DNA of 64,000 nt from an uncultured Bacilli bacterium (GCA_910588195.1 CAJUPN010000002.1:130375-194374), one strand, 5' to 3'; counted from the stretch's first letter, positions 31,024-41,660 are shown. The notes: generated by a model from the letters alone, not told the origin. Made by a program: numbers and translations.

Positions 31024-32153
31024 TAATAATCAAAGTAAAAGATAATACCAAAAGATTTATAAATAAATGTGTGCAAAATAATATAAATATCTATAATATT
31101 GAATACTATAAAGACTATCTTTTAGCTACAATAAATGAAGCCGATTTAAAACAAATAAAAAAATTAAATTATTACTCAAAAATAAAGGTATATAAAGTTT
31201 TAGGAAAGAAAAGAGTTATTAAAAATATCAAAGACAACTTATATAATATTCTTTTATTAATTACTTTTCTTTTACTAATATATTTAATTTCTAATGTCAT
31301 AATTGAAATTGAGATAAAACATGAAAGTAAAACTATGATAAAAAGAATTGATGAACTTTTAAAAGAAAAGAATATTAAAACATTCACTCTCTATAAAAGT
31401 AATAATGAACTAAACAAAATAAGTGATGAAATCATGCAAGAAAATAGAGAGTTTATAGATTTTATATCAATTACGCGTACTGGCATGAAATACATTGTAA
31501 ATATTGAAGAAAGAATTATAAAGGATAAAGAAGAAGAAAAAGAAAGATGCCATATTATAGCTAAAAAAGAAGGCATAATTACTAAAATAGACGCTAAAAA
31601 GGGTATAACTTTAGTAGAAGAAGGAAGTCTTGTCAAAAAGGGAGATATATTAATTAGTGGGGAAATTATTCTAAATGAAGAGATAAAAGATAATACTTGT
31701 GCAAAAGGAGACATAAAAGCTAACGTTTGGTATAAAATAAACATAAGCTATCCCTTAACTGAAACAATAAAAACTTATACTAAAAGAGAAAAGGTTAATC
31801 TAAAAATGTATAATAAGTATTTCAAAAAAAGGTTATATGAGAAGTATGATGAATATACAATGTTTAAGTTTAGAAATTTAAAATTAGTACGTCAAAAAGA
31901 ATATAAAGAAGAAGTCATCAATATTCCAATCGATGAAGCAAAAGAAAAAGCAATAAAAGAGGCTGAGAATAAGCTTCGCGAAAAATTAGGAGAAATTGAT
32001 ATTATTGATAAAAAAGTTTTGAATAGTAGCACAAATAATAGTAAAATAGAATTAGAGTTATTTGTAAGTGTAAATGAGTCTATTGGAGAAATCCAAGAAT
32101 ATGAAGGTCGTGAGCAAATTGATACCAGTGAAAGTCTACAACATACTAATTGA
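31020..32153 (+). CDS. YqfD-like putative stage IV sporulation protein
   Basis: 377 aa with a single TM near residues 85-110. Overlaps the yqfC-like stop. Synteny with B. subtilis yqfC-yqfD. Confidence 0.6.
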   Translation: MIIIKVKDNTKRFINKCVQNNINIYNIEYYKDYLLATINEADLKQIKKLNYYSKIKVYKVLGKKRVIKNIKDNLYNILLLITFLLLIYLISNVIIEIEIKHESKTMIKRIDELLKEKNIKTFTLYKSNNELNKISDEIMQENREFIDFISITRTGMKYIVNIEERIIKDKEEEKERCHIIAKKEGIITKIDAKKGITLVEEGSLVKKGDILISGEIILNEEIKDNTCAKGDIKANVWYKINISYPLTETIKTYTKREKVNLKMYNKYFKKRLYEKYDEYTMFKFRNLKLVRQKEYKEEVINIPIDEAKEKAIKEAENKLREKLGEIDIIDKKVLNSSTNNSKIELELFVSVNESIGEIQEYEGREQIDTSESLQHTN

Positions 32154-32742
32154 TCTTTTACCTATGATAATACTATTTTCCGTAGTTATGATATCAATTA
32201 GAGTAATTACGTGTATATATAGCAAGGAAAAAATTATTTTTTATAAAGAAATCAAAAATTTATTGTACATTATATACTGTTTTGCCTTATTTCATCTTGT
32301 AACAACCACTGATTTTGAAAGTTTTTCCAATAATTTCACTCCTTTTAAAGAAATAATGCGTTATCATACAACTAGTGTTTTATTTTATAGAAATGTAATC
32401 GGTAATATCGCCTTATTTATCCCTTTTGGTTTTATGATTACTGATATGATAAAGGAAAAAGCGGGTAAGTCTAATATATTAATAACTTCCTTAATAACAC
32501 TTTTAACCTCAACAACAATAGAAGTAATCCAAATGTTTATTGGAAGAAGTTTTGACATAGATGATATTTTACTAAACTTTATTGGTGGGTTGCTTGGTTT
32601 TGTTTCTTATCAGATAATGCTCTTACTTTATAAACATATCCCAGAGAAATATAAAACCAACAGAATAAAATTCTTCTTCTTTATTTTTATAATAGCTTTG
32701 TTTATACTATTATTTATAATGTTATATGAGGTGGCACAATGA
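32101..32742 (+). CDS. VanZ-family membrane protein
   Basis: VanZ signature ...IALFIPFGFMITD...TTIEVIQMFIGRSFDIDDILLNFIGGLLGF. The start is uncertain: the ORF track opens at 32074 inside yqfD, and 32101 (after GGAGAA) or 32164 are alternatives. Confidence 0.6.
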   Translation: MKVVSKLIPVKVYNILIDLLPMIILFSVVMISIRVITCIYSKEKIIFYKEIKNLLYIIYCFALFHLVTTTDFESFSNNFTPFKEIMRYHTTSVLFYRNVIGNIALFIPFGFMITDMIKEKAGKSNILITSLITLLTSTTIEVIQMFIGRSFDIDDILLNFIGGLLGFVSYQIMLLLYKHIPEKYKTNRIKFFFFIFIIALFILLFIMLYEVAQ

Positions 32743-33182
32743 ATGAATTTGAAATAGTAAATGAATATAATTATCAAGAGAATTATGATTATTTAAATGA
32801 TGTAATAAATCATACTTTAGAAAAGCTACAAATAAAAAAAGCATATTTAAGTATAATCTTTATTGATGATAAGAAAATGCACGAAATGAACAAAAATTAC
32901 CGTGGAATAGACAGAACAACTGATGTCTTAAGTTTTGCCTTAGAAGACAACGATACATATATCCCTGAAATAAGACAACTAGGAGATATATTCATATCTA
33001 TTCCTAAAATGCAAGAGCAGGCTAATACTTATGCCCATTCTGAAAAAAGAGAATTATCTTTTTTAACCTGCCATGGATTACTGCATTTGCTAGGGTATGA
33101 TCATACAAAAGGAAAAGAAGAAGAAAAGTTACAATTTGCTTTGCAAGAAGAAATTTTAAATGATTTAAATATAATTATATGA
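32739..33182 (+). CDS. ybeY: Endoribonuclease YbeY (rRNA maturation factor)
   Basis: Conserved HGLLHLLGYDH zinc-binding motif. Size of about 147 aa. Position before era. Confidence 0.88.
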   Translation: MNEFEIVNEYNYQENYDYLNDVINHTLEKLQIKKAYLSIIFIDDKKMHEMNKNYRGIDRTTDVLSFALEDNDTYIPEIRQLGDIFISIPKMQEQANTYAHSEKRELSFLTCHGLLHLLGYDHTKGKEEEKLQFALQEEILNDLNIII

Positions 33183-33215
33183 TATAATTATTGATAGTAG
33201 TAAGGAGTGTACAAT

Positions 33216-34097
33216 ATGAAAAGTGGTTTCGTAAGTATCGTTGGTCGTCCAAATACTGGTAAAAGCACATTAATTAATACAATTATTAATTCACATATAG
33301 CAATTGTCTCAAATGTTGCTGGAACAACTAGAAATACTATTCAAGGCGTATATCATGATAAAGATACTCAAATAGTTTTTGTTGATACTCCTGGAATTCA
33401 TAAATCTTTAGATCGTTTAGGAAAACATTTAAATAAACAAGCCTATGAATCTTTAGAAGATATTGATGCTATTCTTTTTGTAGTTGATGCAGCATCTGGA
33501 TTAGGTTCAGGGGATAAATTTATAATTGAGGCATTAAGACATACAACAGTGCCTGTAATACTTGTATTAAATAAAATAGATAAACTTACAAAAGACGGTA
33601 TTTTATTAGCTATACAGACTTATAAAGATTTGTTTGACTTTGCCGATATAATACCAATAAGTGCTTTAAAAAAAGATAATATTGAAAGACTAATTGAAAT
33701 AACAAAAAAATACCTAAAAGATTCAATTAAATATTATGAAGATGATGTTATAACCAATAATGATCCAAATTTTATGATAGCTGAGCTAGTTCGTGAGAAA
33801 ATCCTTAACTTAACTACAGAAGAGGTTCCTCATGCAATTACTTGTATTTTAACAAGCTATAATGAAAAATCAAACATTGTTGAAATTTCCGTTGATATAA
33901 TTGTTGCTCGTGATTCTTTAAAGAAAATAATAATTGGTAAAAAAGGTACTATGTTAAAAACAATTGGTTCTGAAGCAAGAAAAGATATAGAAGAGATGCT
34001 TGGAAAACAAGTATATTTAGAATTATATGTTAAAACAATTAAGAACTGGCGAAATAAAGAAAAATACTTATACGAACTTGGGTTTAATGAAAAATAA
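33216..34097 (+). CDS. era: GTPase Era
   Basis: KSGFVSIVGRPNTGKSTL G1, DTPG G3, NKID G4, and a C-terminal KH domain. The start is placed at the ATG after AAGGAG. The ORF track begins at 33207. Confidence 0.92.
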   Translation: MKSGFVSIVGRPNTGKSTLINTIINSHIAIVSNVAGTTRNTIQGVYHDKDTQIVFVDTPGIHKSLDRLGKHLNKQAYESLEDIDAILFVVDAASGLGSGDKFIIEALRHTTVPVILVLNKIDKLTKDGILLAIQTYKDLFDFADIIPISALKKDNIERLIEITKKYLKDSIKYYEDDVITNNDPNFMIAELVREKILNLTTEEVPHAITCILTSYNEKSNIVEISVDIIVARDSLKKIIIGKKGTMLKTIGSEARKDIEEMLGKQVYLELYVKTIKNWRNKEKYLYELGFNEK

Positions 34098-34114
34098 GAA
34101 GAGGGATGAGAATA

Positions 34115-35419
34115 ATGGCAACTATAATAAAATTAGATGAATATTTAAAAAGACAAAAAGAGCTATTTAACGCATATATTACCTCATCAGGACAAGAAGT
34201 ATCTGTTATGCCTTTTGCAAGTTCATATAATCAACAGGATAATAAAACATATACAGGCGATGATTTATTAAGATATATTGATTCTTATACTAAAGGGAAT
34301 CTAATTACAAATGAAGAACTTGATAAATATAATAATACCAAAAAAATGCCTAATGATTTAATTTTTAAAAGAGGAAGAATAATTATTGAAGCAATTATTG
34401 CCTCCCATGGAGACACTAAAAATCTTGATAGATTAGGTCGTGATTTTGCTAAGAAGGATGGACGTTTACATCCCTACGATAATAAATATCTTTTAAAATG
34501 TCGTGATTATTATTTAAAAAACTCTAAAAATGAAGATTTAATAAATGCTTATAAAAATGTTTGTGAGCTTGTTGCTAGAGGTACTTACGATATTGAGTTA
34601 CCTTTAAAAATATTAGAAATGCAAGATAATAAAAAAGCAATTAGTTTTATAAATAGAATAAATATAAGTAAATCAAGTTTAAGAAAACTTGTTAATGAAT
34701 ATGAAACTTTATATCCTGCTAATACAGCTAATATTACAAGATTAAATTACTTATTAAAAGAGGCTTACAAAACTGGTAGTGACTTAGTTAAGTTTTACGA
34801 AGCAAAAGTTAGTCACGATACTATTAAAGACCGTTTAACAGCATTAAGAAGAATGCTAGAGGATTATTTAATAAGTGATATTGAAGATATTAGTGATTTA
34901 TTCGATAAATATGGTTTTAATAGTTATAAATTTACAGAAACAATTAAAGATGCTTTATCAAGTAAAGATATGCTACTTCATTCCTTAATCAATAAATTAG
35001 AAGCAAAAACATTATCTATAAATAATTCTTATAAAGAAATCCTAACAAAAATAATGCAAGCTAAATATAATGGAATAAATTATGGATATGGCTATCGCGA
35101 ATTTAACACATATGACTATTATATGCTTAAAAACGGTGTGGATAGAGACAAATTAATAGAATACGCAAATAAAATATATGAACCAGATGATGCTAACGCT
35201 ATTATAAGTGTAATATCTGAATACGAAGTAGATAGTCCACTATTAAGAGAAGAACTAGAAACATTTTATCAAAGTAGTGATTCTAGTTTAATATTAGATT
35301 ATTTAGAATATTCAAATATCCCACTTTCTTTGGAAACTTTTAGAGCTGTTCAAACTCGTTTCCATGAAAATGATATAAGTTTTGAAGTTATCGAACCAAA
35401 AAAAGTTGCTAATATGTGA
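34115..35419 (+). CDS. hypothetical cytoplasmic protein (about 435 aa) inserted between era and recO
   Basis: ORF with RBS AGAAGAGGGA. No recognisable motifs. Absent from the corresponding B. subtilis locus. Confidence 0.5.
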   Translation: MATIIKLDEYLKRQKELFNAYITSSGQEVSVMPFASSYNQQDNKTYTGDDLLRYIDSYTKGNLITNEELDKYNNTKKMPNDLIFKRGRIIIEAIIASHGDTKNLDRLGRDFAKKDGRLHPYDNKYLLKCRDYYLKNSKNEDLINAYKNVCELVARGTYDIELPLKILEMQDNKKAISFINRINISKSSLRKLVNEYETLYPANTANITRLNYLLKEAYKTGSDLVKFYEAKVSHDTIKDRLTALRRMLEDYLISDIEDISDLFDKYGFNSYKFTETIKDALSSKDMLLHSLINKLEAKTLSINNSYKEILTKIMQAKYNGINYGYGYREFNTYDYYMLKNGVDRDKLIEYANKIYEPDDANAIISVISEYEVDSPLLREELETFYQSSDSSLILDYLEYSNIPLSLETFRAVQTRFHENDISFEVIEPKKVANM

Positions 35420-35469
35420 ATAAATAAATGATATAACACCCATTATATAAATAGAAAGGGTGTTATTTT

Positions 35470-35547
35470 ATGACAAAAAAAGAATTATGGGAATTATTTA
35501 AAAAAACAGGAAAAATTGAATACTATTTAGAATATAAAAAGAAGTGA
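35470..35547 (+). CDS. YqzL-like micro-protein (25 aa)
   Basis: MTKKELWELFKKTGKIEYYLEYKKK fits the W..F..TG.IE.YL pattern of the YqzL family, which lies between era and recO in Bacillus. Follows a terminator hairpin. Its stop overlaps the recO start region. Confidence 0.45.
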   Translation: MTKKELWELFKKTGKIEYYLEYKKK

Positions 35548-35552
35548 ATTTT

Positions 35553-36287
35553 ATGTTAAAAAAAATCGAAGGTGTAGTTATAAGTGAAACACCATTTAAA
35601 GAAAACTCCAAGATACTTAATATATTAACTAAAGATGGTGTAATAGGGGTCGTTTCAAAGGGATGTAAAAATCTAAAGAGTTCTTTAAGATTAGTATCTT
35701 CAAAATTAGTGTATGCTGAATTCACTATTTATCATAATGAAGATCATTTGTCTACATTAAAAGAAGGGACGATTATAAATAACTTTGAACATATTAGAAC
35801 AGATCCTTCACTTATACCATACTCTGTATACATATACATAACAGATTTGGTTAGACAAGTTGTAAAACAAACAGATATAAGTAACATATACGATTTATAT
35901 ATCGATACAATTACTAAAATAGAAGAAGGGCTAAATCCAATTGTCATGATGAATATTTTAGAAATAAAGTTACTAGACTTTTTAGGATGTCCAATTGAAT
36001 TAAACTCTTGTTCTAAATGTGGTAGCATAAAAAATATTGTTACTATTGATCCAGATGCTGGAGGATATATTTGTCAAAACTGTTACACTAACGAAATACT
36101 ATATGATGAAAAAACCAGAAAAATGTTAAGAATGTACTATTTAGTAGATATAAAGTCTATAAAAGAATTAAAAATAAAAGAGTATGTTATTGAAAACATT
36201 AATAATTTTCTAACCACTTATTATGATCGTTATACGGGTATATATATTCATACAAAAAAATTTTTAGATAAAACAATAACAATCTGA
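35553..36287 (+). CDS. recO: DNA repair protein RecO
   Basis: N-terminal OB fold (EGVVISETPFKENSKIL). C4 zinc finger CSKCGS...CQNC. Synteny era-yqzL-recO. The ATG start is preferred over the GTG at 35544 used by the ORF track. Confidence 0.8.
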   Translation: MLKKIEGVVISETPFKENSKILNILTKDGVIGVVSKGCKNLKSSLRLVSSKLVYAEFTIYHNEDHLSTLKEGTIINNFEHIRTDPSLIPYSVYIYITDLVRQVVKQTDISNIYDLYIDTITKIEEGLNPIVMMNILEIKLLDFLGCPIELNSCSKCGSIKNIVTIDPDAGGYICQNCYTNEILYDEKTRKMLRMYYLVDIKSIKELKIKEYVIENINNFLTTYYDRYTGIYIHTKKFLDKTITI

Positions 36288-36335
36288 CTTTTACAAGTCT
36301 TTTTCTTTTGCTATAATTATAATTAGGGTGAGCTT

Positions 36336-37637
36336 ATGAAAAGAAATGCGAGAAAAAAAGCTCGAGAAGAAGAAAAGAAAATATTAGAGAAACTTAAGCA
36401 AGAAGAGGAAGCTTTAGAAAAAGAAGTAAATGAAATAATGGCTGAACCTAAATTTTCTTTCAAAGAAACAATTGAGATGATGAAAGGCGAAGATGAAGAA
36501 GAAGCAGAATATCGCAGTTATTTAACCGAAGAGGAGTTAGCTTTAGAAGATAATAAAAAGAAAGAAGAAAGAAAAATTATAAAGATGGTAATAATTATTT
36601 TTGTTATTACAATATCTGCAATTACTTTTGGATCAAAAGTATTCTATGACACTTTTAAAAGTGATTTACTTAAAATAACTGAACCAATGTTAAAAAGCCA
36701 CTATTACGATAAAACGGGACAAAAAGCCAAAACTAAAACTATTGAAGAATTAGAGACTAAAGGACCTGATAATAAAGTAATCGGAACAGGTATTTATCTT
36801 CTAACGACCAAAGACAATAAACATATTATGTCATTAAATAATGAATTAATTGGTGATGATATAAATAATTCAAATAAATATACTGAAGTCAAAGAGTATT
36901 TATACAGTTATTTTGAAGGACTTGAACTAGTAACCGATGATATAAAATTAAGTTATGATGATTACTATGTTGAATTTAATCGCTTTTTAGATTACATAAA
37001 TGTTTTACCAAGTGATATGTCAACAGAAGAACTTATTAATTCCAAAAAACTTACTGTCACCTATAAAGCTCTGTATCAAGGGGAATTAGACTATGATTTA
37101 ATTTCCAGTCTTTTAAATACATTTTCCATAAACTCACGTTTTATTTTTTATAAACAGACATCTACGGGAATTACCAACATAACAATTATAAATAAAGATA
37201 AAACGACTTCTTTAAATATAACAGCTGAAATTGAAAAAGACTCAGGCATAATGTATTTAGAATTAGATCGTAACTTAAATGATGTCAGTGATGTTGAAGT
37301 AGCTACATTTGCTGATTCCTCAGTAAGTTCTAAAAATGATTACAGTATAACTAATGCTTTAGGCATTAAAAAAATTGTTGAAAGATCAAGAGACGAAGAA
37401 ATAAAAAATAGTTATTTTCTATTAAGAATTGATTCATCAATAATAAATGAAAATAACTTTATTGAACTAAGTACTAGTAAAAGAAATGATACATATGAAG
37501 AACTAGAAAAAGAGGATTACATTGATACAATAGTTTATACAGTTGGCTCGTATACTTATATTTTAAGCGAAAATAATATATTTATTGGTAGAACAACGAC
37601 AAAAAAATCGTTTATGTGTAATTTTGGAATATGTTAA
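36336..37637 (+). CDS. hypothetical membrane-anchored protein (433 aa)
   Basis: Charged N-terminus, a single TM (MVIIIFVITISAITF), and a large C-terminal domain. No recognisable motifs. Confidence 0.5.
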   Translation: MKRNARKKAREEEKKILEKLKQEEEALEKEVNEIMAEPKFSFKETIEMMKGEDEEEAEYRSYLTEEELALEDNKKKEERKIIKMVIIIFVITISAITFGSKVFYDTFKSDLLKITEPMLKSHYYDKTGQKAKTKTIEELETKGPDNKVIGTGIYLLTTKDNKHIMSLNNELIGDDINNSNKYTEVKEYLYSYFEGLELVTDDIKLSYDDYYVEFNRFLDYINVLPSDMSTEELINSKKLTVTYKALYQGELDYDLISSLLNTFSINSRFIFYKQTSTGITNITIINKDKTTSLNITAEIEKDSGIMYLELDRNLNDVSDVEVATFADSSVSSKNDYSITNALGIKKIVERSRDEEIKNSYFLLRIDSSIINENNFIELSTSKRNDTYEELEKEDYIDTIVYTVGSYTYILSENNIFIGRTTTKKSFMCNFGIC

Positions 37638-37694
37638 TCAACTTTTTATGATATAATAAATGCGACATTACTTTAATTAGAAAGGAAATTAATC

Positions 37695-39437
37695 ATGAAT
37701 TTAAAAGATTTATTTATAAACTTTTTTGTGAGTAAAGATCACAAACAAATACCATCATCACCAGTAGTACCAGAAAATGATCCATCTGTTTTATTTAATA
37801 CTGCTGGTATGCAACCCCTTATACCTTATTTAATGGGGCAACCACATCCTTATGGTAAAAGACTATGTGATTATCAAAAATGTATAAGAACTAATGACAT
37901 TGATGAAGTTGGAGACACTTATCATCATACTTTTTTTGAAATGTTAGGAAACTGGAGCTTAGGAGACTATTTCAAAAAAGAAGCAATAAATTGGAGCTAT
38001 GAATTTATAACAGAGCATTTAAATATTCCAGTAGAAAGACTTGCTGTTACTGTGTTCTCTGGAAATAAATTTATTCCTTTCGATGAAGAAGCTTACAACG
38101 TTTGGAAGTCTTTAGGAATAAAAGAAGAAAGAATTGCTAAACTTGATGATAATTTTTGGATTGCTGGAGAAACTGGTCCATGTGGTGGAGACTCAGAGAT
38201 GTTCTATTGGCGAAGCAACGATCCAGTACCAGAGAGTTTTGATCCAAGTGATGAAAGATGGGTTGAATTCTGGAATGACGTTTTTATGCAATATATCAAA
38301 CATGAAGATGGAACAGTAGAGGAGATGCCTAAGAAGAACGTAGATACAGGTCTTGGAGTTGAAAGAACTGTTGCTATTCTTGAAGGCGTTAACGATAATT
38401 ATGAATCATCTATTTGGAAAGACGTAATTGCTCTTATAAGTGATATAGCTGGATTACCATATAAAGGAAATGAACGAAGCATGCGTATTATTGCTGATCA
38501 CTTAAGAACAGCAGTATTTATTAGTGCTGATCCTGCAGGTATAAAACCTAGCAATACTGATCAAGGATATATTTTAAGAAGATTAATTAGAAGAGCAATT
38601 AGACACGCTAAGAGTCTTGGAATCGATATAAATTCTGACTGGGATAGCCAAATTGCTAAACTAATATTATCTAAGTATAATAAATATTATCAAGAATTAG
38701 TTACAAATGAAAATACTGTAATAGAAGTATTAGCAACAGAAAAAAATAAATTTAATAGAACCCTAGAAAAAGGCTTAAAAGAGTTTAAGAAAGTTACTGA
38801 AGGTAAAGACAATATTGATGGAACAACAGCTTTCCACTTATTTGATACATATGGTTTTCCTCTTGAATTAACTATTGAACTTGCTAACGAAATGGGATTA
38901 TCAGTCGATGTAGAAGGTTACAAAGAAAAATTTAAAGCTCATCAAGAACTTTCACGCGCTGGAAGCCAAGAAAAATTCAAAGGGGGATTAGCTGGTAATT
39001 CAGAAATAGAAACAAAATATCATACAGCAACCCACTTATTAAATGCTGCTTTAAAATTAGTTATTGGGCCAGAAGTGCACCAAAGAGGGTCAAATATTAC
39101 TGTTGAAAGAATGCGCTTTGACTTTAACTGCGATCATAAACTAACTGATGAAGAAAAAGCAAAAGCTGAAAGATATGTTAATGAATGGATTCAAGCTGGT
39201 TTAGATGTCAGTGTAGAAGAAATGAATAAAGAAATGGCTGTTGCGTCTGGAGCAGAATGTATGTTTATAGAAAAATACCCTGACAAAGTCACAGTTTATA
39301 CTATTGGAGATAACATCTCAAAAGAATTATGCGGTGGACCACATGTAAAAAATACAAGTGAACTTGGTCATTTTAAAATAATAAAAGAAGAAGCATCTTC
39401 AGCAGGAGTAAGAAGAATAAAAGCTATATTAGATTAA
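37695..39437 (+). CDS. alaS: Alanine--tRNA ligase, compact form (580 aa) lacking the C-Ala domain
   Basis: Class II AlaRS blocks are present (NDPSVLFNTAGM, HHTFFEMLGNWSLGDYFK, GPCGGDSEMFYW, VDTGLGVERT, IADHLRTAVF, GYILRRLIRRA). The editing-domain HxxxH (HTATHLL) and CxxxH (CGGPH) motifs are also present. The protein ends about 30 aa after CGGPH. Confidence 0.75.
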   Translation: MNLKDLFINFFVSKDHKQIPSSPVVPENDPSVLFNTAGMQPLIPYLMGQPHPYGKRLCDYQKCIRTNDIDEVGDTYHHTFFEMLGNWSLGDYFKKEAINWSYEFITEHLNIPVERLAVTVFSGNKFIPFDEEAYNVWKSLGIKEERIAKLDDNFWIAGETGPCGGDSEMFYWRSNDPVPESFDPSDERWVEFWNDVFMQYIKHEDGTVEEMPKKNVDTGLGVERTVAILEGVNDNYESSIWKDVIALISDIAGLPYKGNERSMRIIADHLRTAVFISADPAGIKPSNTDQGYILRRLIRRAIRHAKSLGIDINSDWDSQIAKLILSKYNKYYQELVTNENTVIEVLATEKNKFNRTLEKGLKEFKKVTEGKDNIDGTTAFHLFDTYGFPLELTIELANEMGLSVDVEGYKEKFKAHQELSRAGSQEKFKGGLAGNSEIETKYHTATHLLNAALKLVIGPEVHQRGSNITVERMRFDFNCDHKLTDEEKAKAERYVNEWIQAGLDVSVEEMNKEMAVASGAECMFIEKYPDKVTVYTIGDNISKELCGGPHVKNTSELGHFKIIKEEASSAGVRRIKAILD

Positions 39438-39514
39438 AAGAAGATTTATCTTCTTTTTATTTGACTAAATTAAATAAAAAAGGTAAAATAACCCTCTAGA
39501 AAGAGGAAAACTTT

Positions 39515-40333
39515 ATGGCAAAAAGTATTTCATATTATAAAAAGAGGCAAGAATTATATAAAAACTTAGCAGAGTATATAAAACCTTTTTCCGACTATTT
39601 CACATTAAAAGAAAGATTAAGTGCTCGAGAAATGATATATGCAAAAGAGTTTCAAAAATTTAATACCATATTTTCTCACATATATAAAGTACTATTAGAG
39701 TATATGGATATATTAGAGCTTTTTACGGTCGAAGATATTTTTGCTTACAGTGTTTTCTTATTTCATATGGGCTATTTATCTTATGAAAAAGATTTAAAAA
39801 CTGATTGTCATAATTTTGGTATCTATGAATTATCAATTTTATCGCCTCTAGCTTTAAATGCTCATGCATCTTGTCGTCACATTGCCTCTTTAACTTCTGA
39901 TTTAGAGAATGCTCGTCATCATGAATCCTATATCTTAGCAGTTAATAGGAGAAAAGCTAGAGAAATAGCAGTTGACAATAAGAGTGTTGAATCAAATCAT
40001 GGGATAACTGTTACAACTGATGAAAATTACACTTATCTTTTAGATCCAACAAACAATGAAGTATACGGAATAGAAATAGATGGAGCTTATTATTCAAGTA
40101 CACTTAATAGCATTAGGATCGAAAAATCAGAACTTATAAATATAAAAAACAAAATATTTTATGAAATAAAATCCAACAAGCCTTTAAAAGATCCGAATGA
40201 ATGTGAAGAAAACATTATAAAATCTTTATCATTTATTCAAAATAATTTGGATATCTTAGAATCCCTTTATAGAGAAATAAATCCTGCATTAAGAGATGCA
40301 GAAGATATTTATCAAAAAATATTAAGAAGCTAA
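39515..40333 (+). CDS. hypothetical protein (272 aa)
   Basis: ORF flanked by terminators. No recognisable motifs. Confidence 0.45.
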   Translation: MAKSISYYKKRQELYKNLAEYIKPFSDYFTLKERLSAREMIYAKEFQKFNTIFSHIYKVLLEYMDILELFTVEDIFAYSVFLFHMGYLSYEKDLKTDCHNFGIYELSILSPLALNAHASCRHIASLTSDLENARHHESYILAVNRRKAREIAVDNKSVESNHGITVTTDENYTYLLDPTNNEVYGIEIDGAYYSSTLNSIRIEKSELINIKNKIFYEIKSNKPLKDPNECEENIIKSLSFIQNNLDILESLYREINPALRDAEDIYQKILRS

Positions 40334-40400
40334 GAGTTATTTAACTCTTTTTTCTTTTCTAGAAAAATGCTATAATATTTATAATAAGGAAGGTAATAAT

Positions 40401-41627
40401 ATGAACACGTTAAGTATAATTACTAAAAAGAAAAATGGTGGCTCACTTTCTTACGATGAGTTAAAACATATCTTTAATGGTTACTTAAATAATGAAGTCC
40501 CTGATTATCAAATGAGTGCTTTATTAATGGCCATTACCATAAAAGGCATGAGTATATCTGAAACTCTATCTTTAACAGATATTTTCATCAGAAGTGGTAA
40601 AGCATATGATTTAGCTGGAGCTATCAAATATACAGTTGATAAACATTCTACAGGTGGAGTAGGAGACTCAACAACTTTAATCGTTGGACCAATGTGTGCA
40701 GCTTTAGGTTTACATCTAGCAAAAATGAGTGGAAGAGGACTTGGATTAACAGGTGGAACAATTGATAAAGTTGAATCTATCCCTGGTTTTAACGTTAATT
40801 TAAGTGAAGAAGATTTTTACACTCAAGTAGAAGAATTAGGATTCGCTTTATCAAGTCAAACCAATGATTTAGTTCCTCTTGATAAAATGATTTATGCCTT
40901 ACGAGATGTAACAGGGACAACTGAGTCTATTCCTTTAATCGCTTCTTCTATTATGTCAAAAAAAATAGCTGCAGGAGCTGATAACATCTTAATAGATATT
41001 AAAGTCGGAACTGGTGCACTTATAAAAACTATGGATGACGCTAAAACATTGAGTGAATATCTAATCGAAATAGGAGATGCGTATAATAAAAACGTCCGAA
41101 CAATTATAAGTGATATGAATACACCACTTTCTTATGCAATTGGTAATTCCCTTGAAGTGTGCGAAGCAATAAATGTTCTCCATGGTAAAAAATGCCCTCT
41201 ATACAATGCTTGTATTGAAATTGTAGCCAACCTTTTGTCAATGGCTAAAGACATTGATTTAAGTGAAGCAGAAGTCCGTGCAGAACAAGTATTAAAAAAT
41301 GGAGATGCCCTAAAAAAATTCTATGAATTTGTTTCACGACAAGGAGGAAAACTAAAAGAGGTTGTTGTCGCTCCTCATGTTATTCCTGTAAAATCTAAAC
41401 AAGACGGTGTTATTACAAAAATAGATGCTCATGGAGCTGCTAAATTAGCTGCTAAACTAGGAGCATCAAAAATGTCTTTAGATGACAAAATAGACTATAC
41501 AGTTGGACTAATTTTAAACTATAAAGTTGGCGACAAAGTAAAAAAAGATGATACACTACTAAATATTTACACAAATAAATATGTTAAATTTAATGAAGCA
41601 GATTTCGACTTTATTGAAGTAGAATAA
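40401..41627 (+). CDS. pdp: Pyrimidine-nucleoside (thymidine) phosphorylase
   Basis: Collinear with Pdp/DeoA (GYLNNEVPDYQMSALLMAI, HSTGGVGD, GRGLGLTGGT, SIMSKKIA). Confidence 0.85.
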   Translation: MNTLSIITKKKNGGSLSYDELKHIFNGYLNNEVPDYQMSALLMAITIKGMSISETLSLTDIFIRSGKAYDLAGAIKYTVDKHSTGGVGDSTTLIVGPMCAALGLHLAKMSGRGLGLTGGTIDKVESIPGFNVNLSEEDFYTQVEELGFALSSQTNDLVPLDKMIYALRDVTGTTESIPLIASSIMSKKIAAGADNILIDIKVGTGALIKTMDDAKTLSEYLIEIGDAYNKNVRTIISDMNTPLSYAIGNSLEVCEAINVLHGKKCPLYNACIEIVANLLSMAKDIDLSEAEVRAEQVLKNGDALKKFYEFVSRQGGKLKEVVVAPHVIPVKSKQDGVITKIDAHGAAKLAAKLGASKMSLDDKIDYTVGLILNYKVGDKVKKDDTLLNIYTNKYVKFNEADFDFIEVE

Positions 41628-41660
41628 AAAGATATGATATAATTATTAAAGAATAAGAGG

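Noticed and set aside
32074-32153. An 80 nt overlap between the yqfD-like gene and the VanZ-like ORF as a programmed overlap
   Set aside because: It is more simply explained by the ORF track using the most upstream ATG. The internal starts at 32101 or 32164 remove most or all of the overlap.
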